Part shown: positions 9,881 through 17,930 of the stretch, one piece after another | Numbering within the stretch: the stretch's first letter is position 1 | How the letters are laid out: every line of letters starts with the position of its first letter | NCBI GenBank assembly: GCA_937892155.1 | Contig: CALAUG010000021.1 | Span: forward strand, 13,653-77,652 | Direction of reading: 5' to 3' | Length of the DNA: 64,000 nucleotides | Source: an uncultured Bacteroidales bacterium | GTDB lineage: Bacteria > Bacteroidota > Bacteroidia > Bacteroidales > UBA1715 | The notes under the pieces: generated by a model | Databases searched by the model: none | What the model was told of the DNA's origin: nothing | Seen by the model: the letters and a program-made list of their open reading frames with translations, nothing else | Made by a program: the position numbers and the translations under genes

Positions 9881-10573
9881 ATGAACATTAAATCAAAAGA
9901 GGAATTAGTCAAGGATTTGTCAAAGACAAAACTTGCACAGACTTTAGACAAAAAGGATTTTGACAAAATTGCAAACAATGCAACTGTTGTAATGTACAAA
10001 AAAGGTGAGACTATTTTTAAACAAGGTTCTTTTATTAGCCAATTCGCCATTTTAGTACAAGGCCTTTGTAAGATTACAGTAGAAAATCCTATGAATGAAC
10101 CAGGTACTATTATTTCTATTCAAAAGCCAATTTCACTTGTCGGCGTTATGTCATTTAGTGATGAAATTTACAATGCGACCGCATCTGCTATGTGCGATTC
10201 TATTGTAGTTTTCGTTCAGAAAGATGACTTTTCAAACGCAATGAAAACTAATGTGAAATTTGCCAATGAAATGTTTGAACAACTTTGCAATTATGCAAAA
10301 AGATTTTGCCGTCAAATCGTTGACTTTGGTCAAAAATCAATTATGTCGAGAGTTGCAAGTTCGATTTTGTACATTTCAGATTTAGTTGGTGATGATTTTA
10401 TAGATATTCCAATTTCAAGAAATGATTTGGCTGAATATTCAGGAATTGCTACAGGAAGTACAATTCGTTTGTTGAGTGAATTAGAAAAAGCGGGAATCGT
10501 AATTCTTGATAAGAAAACAATACGTATTAAGAACAAAAAAGAACTTATTCGTATTTCCCAAGGAGAAGAATAG
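9881..10573 (+). CDS. Crp/Fnr family transcriptional regulator
   Basis: 230 aa. N-terminal cNMP-binding-like beta-roll (YKKGETIFKQG) and C-terminal HTH (RNDLAEYSGIATGSTIRLLSELEKAGIV). Confidence 0.85.
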   Translation: MNIKSKEELVKDLSKTKLAQTLDKKDFDKIANNATVVMYKKGETIFKQGSFISQFAILVQGLCKITVENPMNEPGTIISIQKPISLVGVMSFSDEIYNATASAMCDSIVVFVQKDDFSNAMKTNVKFANEMFEQLCNYAKRFCRQIVDFGQKSIMSRVASSILYISDLVGDDFIDIPISRNDLAEYSGIATGSTIRLLSELEKAGIVILDKKTIRIKNKKELIRISQGEE

Positions 10574-10598
10574 AATATATTGATATGTAATTTTTCAG

Positions 10599-10629
10599 AA
10601 GGACTTCCAAAATGGGAGTCCTTTTTTTA
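10599..10629 (+). terminator. Rho-independent terminator after the Crp/Fnr gene
   Basis: aaggacttcc (10599-10608) pairs with gggagtcctt (10614-10623), with one G-U pair and a 5-nt loop, followed by T7. Overlaps the 3' end of the convergent YolD-like gene. Confidence 0.6.
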
Positions 10630-11049
10630 TTCAATATTCTCAAAGATTTTTCCATCAATGCCAATAATAGATTGTAATGGTATGATGGTTCCATTACTCA
10701 AATGGATTTGCTGTTTGTCGTTGTCAATTTTATTTACAATACCAGATTTGATATTATATGCTCCGCCAGATTTTTTATTATCAGGGATAAAATATGTTAT
10801 TGTAATTTCTGGATGCTTTGACAATTGTGAACGAAGATAGAATAGTTTTCTGTTTAGAACATTTGTGTCGCTTTCGTCTAAAGTAATCTGATAATCAGTC
10901 AACCGTGCAGTTTCTTCTATTGCATCGCGATGGCCGTTCAGTGCGGCAAAAGGTGCGAATTGAGCAGCACGGTTTTGCATAGACATTGGTGAATGCTTAT
11001 GCGAAGTGTGGTGTGGAAGATTAATTATGTCGTCGTAGTTGTTTTTCAC
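10627..11049 (-). CDS. YolD-like family protein
   Basis: RAAQFAPFAAL...ITITYF...SGIVNKID...IHLSNG..IPLQSIIGI matches the YolD-like pattern. GTG start overlaps the polymerase stop (GTGA). Confidence 0.7.
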   Translation of the reverse strand: MKNNYDDIINLPHHTSHKHSPMSMQNRAAQFAPFAALNGHRDAIEETARLTDYQITLDESDTNVLNRKLFYLRSQLSKHPEITITYFIPDNKKSGGAYNIKSGIVNKIDNDKQQIHLSNGTIIPLQSIIGIDGKIFENIE

Positions 11050-12554
11050 GCCTTGTGTCCTCCAATTTGTTTGTTGCGTTCTTTTGCAGTTGCTCCCTCT
11101 TCATAATTGAGTCCTTTTAGAATCGCATTTTTCCCAAATTTTTCTTTTATTGTCAATATTGTCTCTTGAATAGAGCGTTCTTTTTGTTCCTGTTTTTGTT
11201 CTGTTTCATCTTTTGGTGTAAAGAAGTCTTCATCGGAAAACAAATCGAGTTGACTTGACTGGATTTGTTTATGTGCATCATTTTCGTTGATGACGTGGTT
11301 CGCAACAATGCTCAGTTTTCGAATTAATAGATTTGTGTCAACGATGGAATCAAATAACGATGCTGTTGCATTAATGATGTATTTGGTTGATGATGTGTGT
11401 TTCTTGAGATTTGTGCTTCCGTGCGCTTGTTTGGGAACTTTTCTTCCGTAAAAATCTATGGTAATTTTGCCATTATATTCCGTCTCATTTTTTATGTTTC
11501 CGGCATCGTAGTGTAAATTAATGACAATTTGGTCGGTAACTAAATGTTTTGCCACTAGTTCAAGAGATAGTGCATCTGCCATTTCCTTTATGACAACCCG
11601 TGCTTTTTTGAAATCGTATGGATGTTGGAGAACTTGTCCAGAACTGAGAGAATTTGTTTCGGGATGATAGTTTTTTATCATGTCTATTGTACAGGGTTCC
11701 CAGCCCCATGCATGATCAATCAGCAGTTCGGCGTTGACACCAAATAAACCATAGAGAAAATCTTCGTCTTCCAAAGAACAGCGCGCAATGTCGCCCATGG
11801 TGAAAATTCCGTAAGGTTCCAATTTCTGACTGATACCTTTCCCGATGCGCCAGAAATCAGTCAAGGGAGTGTGGTTCCATAATAGTTTTCGATAACTCAT
11901 TTCATCCAATTCTGCAATGCGCACGCCGTTTTTGTCGGCTTCTATGTGTTTTGCAACGATGTCCATTGCAATCTTGCAGAGATAGAGGTTAGTTCCAATA
12001 CCTGCTGTTGCTGTAATGCCAGTTTCTTGTAAAATAGTGTGAATGATTGTGCTGGTAAGTTCCCGTGCCGTCATTTTATAACTTGCGAGATAATTGGTAG
12101 CATCAATAAATACTTCGTCGATGGAGTACACCTGAATATCTTCGGGAGCGATGTATTTAAGATAAATATTGTAAATCCGCGTACTGTAGTCAATATAGTA
12201 CGACATACGTGGTACCGCTGTGATATACGATAATTCTAATTCTGGATGTTCTTTGAGTTCTATAGCATCGACAGATTTTCCTATAAATGTGTGGTTGGGT
12301 GCCAATTGCCTCCGCTTTATATTGATTTCTGTCACTTTTTGAATGACTTCAAACAATCGTGCACGTCCAGGAAGTCCATAGGCTTTTAACGAAGGAGACA
12401 CAGCCAAGCAGATGGTTTTTTCTGTTCTTTCAACATCGGCAACGACAAGATTTGTTGTAAGAGGATTTTTATTTCTTTCAACACATTCAACTGAAGCAAA
12501 ATACGACTTCAAATCAATGGCGATATACGTTCGTTTTGTTTCAGTTTTATTCAT
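11046..12554 (-). CDS. Y-family (UmuC/DinB/UvrX-like) translesion DNA polymerase
   Basis: IAIDLKSYFASVE (catalytic Asp motif) and YSIDEVFIDAT (DE motif). 502 aa with little-finger region and a Lys/Glu-rich tail. Confidence 0.9.
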   Translation of the reverse strand: MNKTETKRTYIAIDLKSYFASVECVERNKNPLTTNLVVADVERTEKTICLAVSPSLKAYGLPGRARLFEVIQKVTEINIKRRQLAPNHTFIGKSVDAIELKEHPELELSYITAVPRMSYYIDYSTRIYNIYLKYIAPEDIQVYSIDEVFIDATNYLASYKMTARELTSTIIHTILQETGITATAGIGTNLYLCKIAMDIVAKHIEADKNGVRIAELDEMSYRKLLWNHTPLTDFWRIGKGISQKLEPYGIFTMGDIARCSLEDEDFLYGLFGVNAELLIDHAWGWEPCTIDMIKNYHPETNSLSSGQVLQHPYDFKKARVVIKEMADALSLELVAKHLVTDQIVINLHYDAGNIKNETEYNGKITIDFYGRKVPKQAHGSTNLKKHTSSTKYIINATASLFDSIVDTNLLIRKLSIVANHVINENDAHKQIQSSQLDLFSDEDFFTPKDETEQKQEQKERSIQETILTIKEKFGKNAILKGLNYEEGATAKERNKQIGGHKA

Positions 12555-12581
12555 ACAATGTTATTTCTTACAATTCATGTA

Positions 12582-12596
12582 GGTCTAGTTTAGACC
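12582..12596. promoter_or_regulatory. candidate operator palindrome upstream of the polymerase/YolD pair
   Basis: Perfect inverted repeat GGTCTA-gtt-TAGACC, flanked by ATGTA direct repeats, 28-42 nt upstream of the ATG at 12554. Function not established. Confidence 0.25.
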
Positions 12597-12613
12597 ATGT
12601 ACTCATTCAATAG

Positions 12614-12655
12614 AAATGAAAAACCTCCCGACAAACAATGTTCACCGGGAGGTTT
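12614..12655 (-). terminator. Rho-independent terminator after nfnB
   Basis: aaacctcccg (12621-12630) pairs with cgggaggttt (12646-12655). On the minus strand the hairpin is followed by TTTTTCATTT. Confidence 0.7.
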
Positions 12656-12677
12656 GCTATATAATCGTGTTGTACGA

Positions 12678-14150
12678 TTATTTCTTAGAATTTAAGTAAT
12701 CCATAATTCCTGCTGCTGCACGACGGCCGTCGCCCATTGCAAGAATAACTGTTGCACCACCACGAACAATATCACCACCTGCGAAAATGTCAGGAATGTT
12801 ACTTTGCATTGTTTCTTGGTTTACAACAATTGTACGTTTTGGAGACATTTCCAATCCTTGAACGCTATTAGGAATCAATGGGTTAGGAGATACACCAACA
12901 CTTACAACAACTAAATCAACATCAATGTCGTATTCTGAACCGGCTACAGCAACTGGTTTTCTACGTCCAGATGCATCAGGCTCGCCAAGTTCCATTTTTT
13001 GAACGCGAACTTTATTTACGTGTCCTTTTTCGTCAGCGAAGTATTCAATTGGGTTGTTCAAGCAAAGGAATTCTACGCCTTCTTGTTGTGCGTGGTGAAT
13101 TTCTTCTTTACGTGCTGGCATTTCGTCAAGAGAACGACGGTAAATAATCATTGCTCTTTCAGCACCAAGACGTTTTGCTGTTCTTACAGAGTCCATTGCT
13201 GTGTTACCACCACCGATAACGGCCACATTCTTTCCAAAGAATGTTGGAGTATCGTAATCTGGTTTTGCTGCGCTCATCAAGTTTACACGTGTTAAGTATT
13301 CGTTTGATGAAAGGATTCCGCAGTAGTTTTCACCTGGAATTTTCATAAAGTTAGGAAGACCGGCACCACTACTTACGAAGAATGCATTGAAACCTTCTTC
13401 ACGCAAATCGTCAATTGTAGCAGTATTTCCGACAACGAAATCTTTTACGAATTTTACGCCCATTTTTTCCAAGTTGTTGATTTCTACGTCAACAATGCTG
13501 TTTGGCAGACGGAATTCAGGAATACCATATTTCAATACACCGCCAATTTCGTGCAAAGCTTCGAATACGGTAACGTCGCATCCTGCTTTTGCCAAGTCAC
13601 CAGAACAAGCAAGACCGGCAGGTCCCGAACCGATAACGGCAACTTTGAATCCATTCTTTGGAGCAACTTCCGGCAATGACATTTTGCCTGATTCACGTTC
13701 GTAATCGGCAACAAAACGTTCCAAATTACCAATTGCAACAGCAGGTTTCTTCATCTTCAAGTATGTACATTGTGATTCACATTGTTTTTCTTGAGGACAA
13801 ACACGACCACAAACTGCAGGTAATGCACTTGTTTGTTTGATAACTTTGGCAGCGCCTAAGAAATCTTCATTTTCTATACATTTAATGAAACTAGGAATAT
13901 GGATACCAACAGGGCAACCGTCCATACAAGTAGGATTTGGGCAGTCCAAACATCTGTGTGATTCTTGAACAGCCATTTCCTTGGTAATACCCATATTTAC
14001 TTCCTTGTAGTTTTTGCTACGTTCTATAGGATCTTGTTCAGGCATAGAAATTCTTTCAATGTTGCCACGATCCTTTGCAGACATTTTTTTGCGTAATTCT
14101 TCACGCCATGCTTGTGCACGTTCTTCTTTTATTTGTTCTAAGTCCTTCAT
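12678..14150 (-). CDS. nfnB: NADH-dependent reduced ferredoxin:NADP+ oxidoreductase subunit B (GltD-like, 'homotetrameric glutamate synthase' family)
   Basis: Two Cys clusters (CLDCPNPTCMDGCP; CGRVCPQEKQCESQC) plus two Rossmann motifs (VAVIGSGPAGLA; VAVIGGGNTAMD). Paired with the NfnA-like gene directly upstream. Confidence 0.82.
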   Translation of the reverse strand: MKDLEQIKEERAQAWREELRKKMSAKDRGNIERISMPEQDPIERSKNYKEVNMGITKEMAVQESHRCLDCPNPTCMDGCPVGIHIPSFIKCIENEDFLGAAKVIKQTSALPAVCGRVCPQEKQCESQCTYLKMKKPAVAIGNLERFVADYERESGKMSLPEVAPKNGFKVAVIGSGPAGLACSGDLAKAGCDVTVFEALHEIGGVLKYGIPEFRLPNSIVDVEINNLEKMGVKFVKDFVVGNTATIDDLREEGFNAFFVSSGAGLPNFMKIPGENYCGILSSNEYLTRVNLMSAAKPDYDTPTFFGKNVAVIGGGNTAMDSVRTAKRLGAERAMIIYRRSLDEMPARKEEIHHAQQEGVEFLCLNNPIEYFADEKGHVNKVRVQKMELGEPDASGRRKPVAVAGSEYDIDVDLVVVSVGVSPNPLIPNSVQGLEMSPKRTIVVNQETMQSNIPDIFAGGDIVRGGATVILAMGDGRRAAAGIMDYLNSKK

Positions 14151-14159
14151 AACGCAAAT

Positions 14160-14987
14160 TTATTTAGTAGTCTGTGAATATTTTTCGAATGCTTCTTTTT
14201 CCTCAGCTTTGTAAGCGCCCATACGCATCATCATTTCGCCGAAATCAACTTTGTGTGCATCGAATTCTGGACCATCAACGCAAACGAATTTTGTTTGACC
14301 GTCAACAGAAACACGACAAGCACCGCACATACCAGTTCCGTCAACCATAATGGTATTCAAACTTACATACGTTGGAATATCATATTCTTTTGTTTTTAGC
14401 GCTGCGAATTTCATCATGATGGCAGGACCGATAGCCATACAGAAATCGATTTTCTCTTTCTTAATAGCTTTTTCCATACCAACGGTAACAACGCCTTGTT
14501 CTCCGTAAGAACCATCGTCAGTCATAATGATTACTTCGTCGGATGCCTTGCGGATTTCGTCTTCAAGAATAATCAAATCTTTGGTACGAGCAGCCAAAAC
14601 GGAAATTACTTTATTTCCAGCAGCTTTCATTGCCTGAACGATTGGCAATAGGGGAGCAACGCCAACACCACCGCCGCAACAAAGAACTGTACCGAATTTT
14701 TCAATGTGAGTTGCTTTTCCAAGTGGACCAACAACATCGTGCAAATATTCGCCCGGATTAAGCGAAGCAACTTTGCTACTAGTAACACCAACTTTTTGAA
14801 GAATCAACGTGATTGTTCCTTTTTCGATGTTGGCACTAGAAATCGTAAGCGGAATACGTTCGCCTTTTTCGTCAACACGGACGATTACGAAGTGACCGGC
14901 TTTTCTTTTTTTCGCGATTTGAGGAGCTTCAACTTCAAGCTCTACAACAAGTTCGGAAAGAAATTTTTTGTTAACTATCTTATTCAT
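14160..14987 (-). CDS. nfnA: NfnA-type ferredoxin-NADP+ reductase subunit (sulfide/dihydroorotate dehydrogenase-like FAD/NAD-binding protein)
   Basis: FNR-like fold (GHFVIVRVDEKGERIPLTI; GGGVGVAP) and C-terminal 2Fe-2S motif GTGMCGACRV. Track start is TTG 15011; trimmed to ATG 14987. Confidence 0.82.
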   Translation of the reverse strand: MNKIVNKKFLSELVVELEVEAPQIAKKRKAGHFVIVRVDEKGERIPLTISSANIEKGTITLILQKVGVTSSKVASLNPGEYLHDVVGPLGKATHIEKFGTVLCCGGGVGVAPLLPIVQAMKAAGNKVISVLAARTKDLIILEDEIRKASDEVIIMTDDGSYGEQGVVTVGMEKAIKKEKIDFCMAIGPAIMMKFAALKTKEYDIPTYVSLNTIMVDGTGMCGACRVSVDGQTKFVCVDGPEFDAHKVDFGEMMMRMGAYKAEEKEAFEKYSQTTK

Positions 14988-15208
14988 TAGTTTTTGCTTT
15001 AAGTCCCGCAAAATTACAATTATTCGCTGGAAATCAAAAGAATTGGATAAAAAGATGTTGTATTTATTTGTCGTTGGAGTAGAAGAAATATTTTAGTCCG
15101 TCAATTTGTCTTATTCGTCTGCTTTGGAAGATAAAAGGAGGGGAGTGCTCTTGCCTTATTTTCTTTATAGTTGTAGGTTGGTATTTGTTAAAAGAGTCAT
15201 TTGAAACA

Positions 15209-15242
15209 ATAAAAAAGGCAACTCATAAATGGGTTGCCTTTG
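15209..15242 (-). terminator. Rho-independent terminator after the ion-channel gene (end of the 11-gene block)
   Basis: aaaggcaac (15214-15222) pairs with gttgccttt (15233-15241) around a 10-nt loop. The minus-strand RNA reads hairpin + TTTTTTATTG. Confidence 0.75.
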
Positions 15243-15267
15243 GTAAATGAGTTTTGCGATTCTTTTT

Positions 15268-16089
15268 TTAATCATTTTTTTTCCTATCCTCTTCGTCGAT
15301 GGCTATTTGATAGTTGTTTATAACGGCACCAGTAACTAAGTTCAAAAGTAAAAATGCAGCTAAACAAAACCATGTTACATGATAGGTTGTAATAACAGCT
15401 GAACTTGTATTAATTAATCCATATTCTGATGCTGTGATTTGGTTATATCTTATATCAGTCCAATCTTCTCCGGTTAGTTCTCTAAATAGTGTAAAAACAG
15501 CTTCTCCTAAATCACCAAACGGATCTGGTGCATTTGCTGGTGCGTTCGGCGCTTTTTCTATGTACAATTCGTAATTTTTTAGTTTTTCATTCTCTAATGT
15601 TGTAGGGTCTGGCAATCGGAACATGTAGACTCCAGCAATGGCGTATAAGTAAACAAAAATTAAAAAAAGTATAAGATTGTAAAACATTGATGTTAATGAT
15701 TTCATCAATACTGTTACAATAAGTTTTATCTCTTTCGAAGTTCGAAGAAGTCGCAATATTCTAAATACACGCAATACACGTAATGCAGTCATCATGGAAG
15801 CATTCGCAAATAGTGTTTCGGGAATATAGCCGATTATGACTAATGTTAAATCGAATACATTCCATCCATCACAAAAAAATTTTTTTATGCTTTCGGCTGC
15901 AATAAATCGTAGAGATATTTCAATTGTAAAAATATATAAGATGACTTCCTGAATTGTACTAATTATGTGGTTGTCTGTAAAAGTTTCGACGCCAATTAAA
16001 ATGGAATTTACAATGATTATTCCTACTATGAATAGTTCAAATATCTTATTGCTCGCAATTAAAGTTGCTGTGTTTTTCAGATTGCTCAT
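15268..16089 (-). CDS. voltage-gated cation channel, BacNav/NaChBac-like single 6TM domain
   Basis: S4 LRVLRVFRILRLLR has Arg at every third residue. Pore helix/filter is FTLFRELTGEDWTDI. Six TM segments, 273 aa. Confidence 0.85.
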   Translation of the reverse strand: MSNLKNTATLIASNKIFELFIVGIIIVNSILIGVETFTDNHIISTIQEVILYIFTIEISLRFIAAESIKKFFCDGWNVFDLTLVIIGYIPETLFANASMMTALRVLRVFRILRLLRTSKEIKLIVTVLMKSLTSMFYNLILFLIFVYLYAIAGVYMFRLPDPTTLENEKLKNYELYIEKAPNAPANAPDPFGDLGEAVFTLFRELTGEDWTDIRYNQITASEYGLINTSSAVITTYHVTWFCLAAFLLLNLVTGAVINNYQIAIDEEDRKKND

Positions 16090-16179
16090 GATTTTTATTT
16101 ATTCACAGATTCTATTTTTGAATATGGGATATTTAAGGATTGATGTAACGTATATTGCATCGAAATGAATGATAATCTC

Positions 16180-16524
16180 CTACATATTTGCTTTTACTAC
16201 AGAATAAATAGAAATTATAAATATTAAAAATAGAACTCCGTTTATTATAATATACGGAGGTACTGTAAACTTGAAAAAAGCTATTATCAGATTTGATATA
16301 AAAAACAATACGCAAAAGATAGCAGCAATAAGTTTTGAGTTAACTGCAGTACCTTGTCTTTCAAAAGAAACGCCGAGACACATGATAGATGAGCAAGCTA
16401 ACATGAAAAAACTTCCTATACCAAGGAGGACAAAATTTTCACTATTTGTTATAGATACAAAAAGATAAGCAAAAAGTGCACTTAAGGCTACTGCTACTAG
16501 TGTTAAAATAGGATTTATCTTCAT
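16180..16524 (-). CDS. hypothetical 4-TM membrane protein
   Basis: 114 aa with four hydrophobic helices. ATG start 6 nt after the stop of the upstream GYF_2 gene. Confidence 0.6.
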   Translation of the reverse strand: MKINPILTLVAVALSALFAYLFVSITNSENFVLLGIGSFFMLACSSIMCLGVSFERQGTAVNSKLIAAIFCVLFFISNLIIAFFKFTVPPYIIINGVLFLIFIISIYSVVKANM

Positions 16525-16530
16525 AGTTTA

Positions 16531-16872
16531 TTATTTATCAAATGGCGGGGGCATCAGTGCCACTAATTTTAATATTTCAGGTAATTGTTCTGCAGTTTTC
16601 CAGTTCGTAAAGCCGGGTTTCCAGATGTAGGAATCCTTCGTTACTTGTTTGTTTGCAATAAGGTTTGATAATTCTTGTTCTGATATTGGACCAACTTGTT
16701 TATTATCAATTATTACATAATAAAATTGCTGGGATTGTAGTGGGTTCATTACACCAGGTACTTGCATGTTTTGCATTGCATAATTCATAGTTTGAACCAT
16801 TTGGCGAGCCATTGCTAAGCCCATGCCAAACTCCACTAATCGATCAATTGAGAAAAAACTGTCTTCATTCAT
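16531..16872 (-). CDS. GYF_2 (DUF4339) domain protein with proline tail
   Basis: FYYVIIDNKQVGPISEQELSNLIANKQVTKDSYIWKPGFTNWKTAEQLPEL matches the bacterial GYF_2 pattern (G-P...W..G...W). Ends in MPPPFDK. Confidence 0.7.
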   Translation of the reverse strand: MNEDSFFSIDRLVEFGMGLAMARQMVQTMNYAMQNMQVPGVMNPLQSQQFYYVIIDNKQVGPISEQELSNLIANKQVTKDSYIWKPGFTNWKTAEQLPEILKLVALMPPPFDK

Positions 16873-16881
16873 ATTTATATA

Positions 16882-17076
16882 TTATAATCCGATTAGACCC
16901 TTTATAAAATTCCAAATTCCTTCTTTTGCTTTGTCCTTAGTTTCGGTAACGAATTCGGATTCATTTATTTTTTCTTTGATGTTGTTCTTAACATCGCTTT
17001 TAATGTCATCAACGATGCCAGATTTTTTTATTGCTTCAACAACAGCTTGTTGTGTATCTATATCTTGTGTACTCAT
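16882..17076 (-). CDS. small charged/amphipathic hypothetical protein (64 aa)
   Basis: ATG start, 9-nt gap to the next gene. Lys/Asp/Glu-rich helix ending in a hydrophobic WNFIKGLIGL. No family recognised. Confidence 0.5.
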   Translation of the reverse strand: MSTQDIDTQQAVVEAIKKSGIVDDIKSDVKNNIKEKINESEFVTETKDKAKEGIWNFIKGLIGL

Positions 17077-17092
17077 TGTCTTATTTTTTTTA

Positions 17093-17118
17093 AAACGGCA
17101 GGAATGACCCTGCCGTTT
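17093..17118 (-). other. GC-rich intra-operon stem-loop (weak attenuator, terminator or processing site)
   Basis: Perfect 10-bp stem aaacggcagg / cctgccgttt with a 6-nt loop, lying between the 96-aa and 64-aa genes. On the minus strand it is followed by only about 4 U, then an A-run. Confidence 0.5.
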
Positions 17119-17125
17119 AATTTAA

Positions 17126-17416
17126 TTAAGCTGTAACCATGCTATAAATGTTCCATGCAGCCCATGCAAAATCGACGATGGCCCATTTTATAGTTGTTTT
17201 TGTCTTTAATGGTTTTACCGTGAAAATCAATATTGCCAATGCTAATGTTGCAATGGTGATAAACCAAATGGCAGTTTCAGCACCAGAAAACATCGTAGAT
17301 AAATTTCCACTTGTTATGGCTTTATAGCAAAGGAAAAAGTAAACGGCAATTAATACTATTTCAATAATTGAAACTATTAATCCAGCTTTGATATTTTTTT
17401 TTGTTGATTCTTCCAT
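17126..17416 (-). CDS. hypothetical 3-TM membrane protein
   Basis: 96 aa with three hydrophobic helices. 17-nt gap from the upstream lipoprotein gene. Confidence 0.6.
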   Translation of the reverse strand: MEESTKKNIKAGLIVSIIEIVLIAVYFFLCYKAITSGNLSTMFSGAETAIWFITIATLALAILIFTVKPLKTKTTIKWAIVDFAWAAWNIYSMVTA

Positions 17417-17433
17417 AATTGTGTAGAATGAGA

Positions 17434-17859
17434 TTATTTCATAGAATTCATCATGTCTAATGCTGCACCAGCAGCTTTCATAGCATCTTCAGGATCGTCT
17501 GAATAAGCTGCTTTAGCAGCTTTACTATATGCGTCTACAGCTTTTTTTGAGGTTTCAAGAGCTTTTTTTACATCCTCATCTTCAGTAGCTTCATCCAATG
17601 TTTTTTTTGCAGATGATACAGCATCATTGATTGCATTGGATGCTTCGTCAACTACATCTGATGTAGCATCTTCCATTGCATCAACAGCTCCAGATGTAGC
17701 GTCTTTCATTGCATCAACAGCTTCTGATGTCGCTGATTTCATTTCTTCTACTGCTGCAGAATACTCGTCTTTTGAATCTTTTGTGTTTGAAGAAGATTCA
17801 CCTGAACATGCAAACATGAATGCTGCACATACAGGAATTAATAATAATGTTTTTTTCAT
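17434..17859 (-). CDS. lipoprotein with 11-residue amphipathic repeats
   Basis: MKKTLLLIPVCAAFMFACSGE (lipobox MFAC). 33-nt coding repeats at about 17657-17755 encode AVDAMKDATSG / AVDAMEDATSD / VVDEASNAIND. Confidence 0.7.
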   Translation of the reverse strand: MKKTLLLIPVCAAFMFACSGESSSNTKDSKDEYSAAVEEMKSATSEAVDAMKDATSGAVDAMEDATSDVVDEASNAINDAVSSAKKTLDEATEDEDVKKALETSKKAVDAYSKAAKAAYSDDPEDAMKAAGAALDMMNSMK

Positions 17860-17930
17860 AAAAATAAATATTTATAAATGCCTACTCTGTTATGGATTTT
17901 CGGTATCCTCCATTTCATATTATTTAATTC

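Noticed and set aside
10627-12655. Polymerase/YolD cassette as part of a prophage or ICE
   Set aside because: No integrase, att-like repeats, or phage or conjugation genes are adjacent. The flanks are a Crp/Fnr regulator and nfnAB. Horizontal origin remains possible but is not demonstrable from this window.
15012-15208. About 200-nt untranslated stretch between the channel terminator and nfnA as a possible sRNA or leader
   Set aside because: I could not find a stable structure or conserved motif. It is most simply the nfnAB promoter and 5' UTR.
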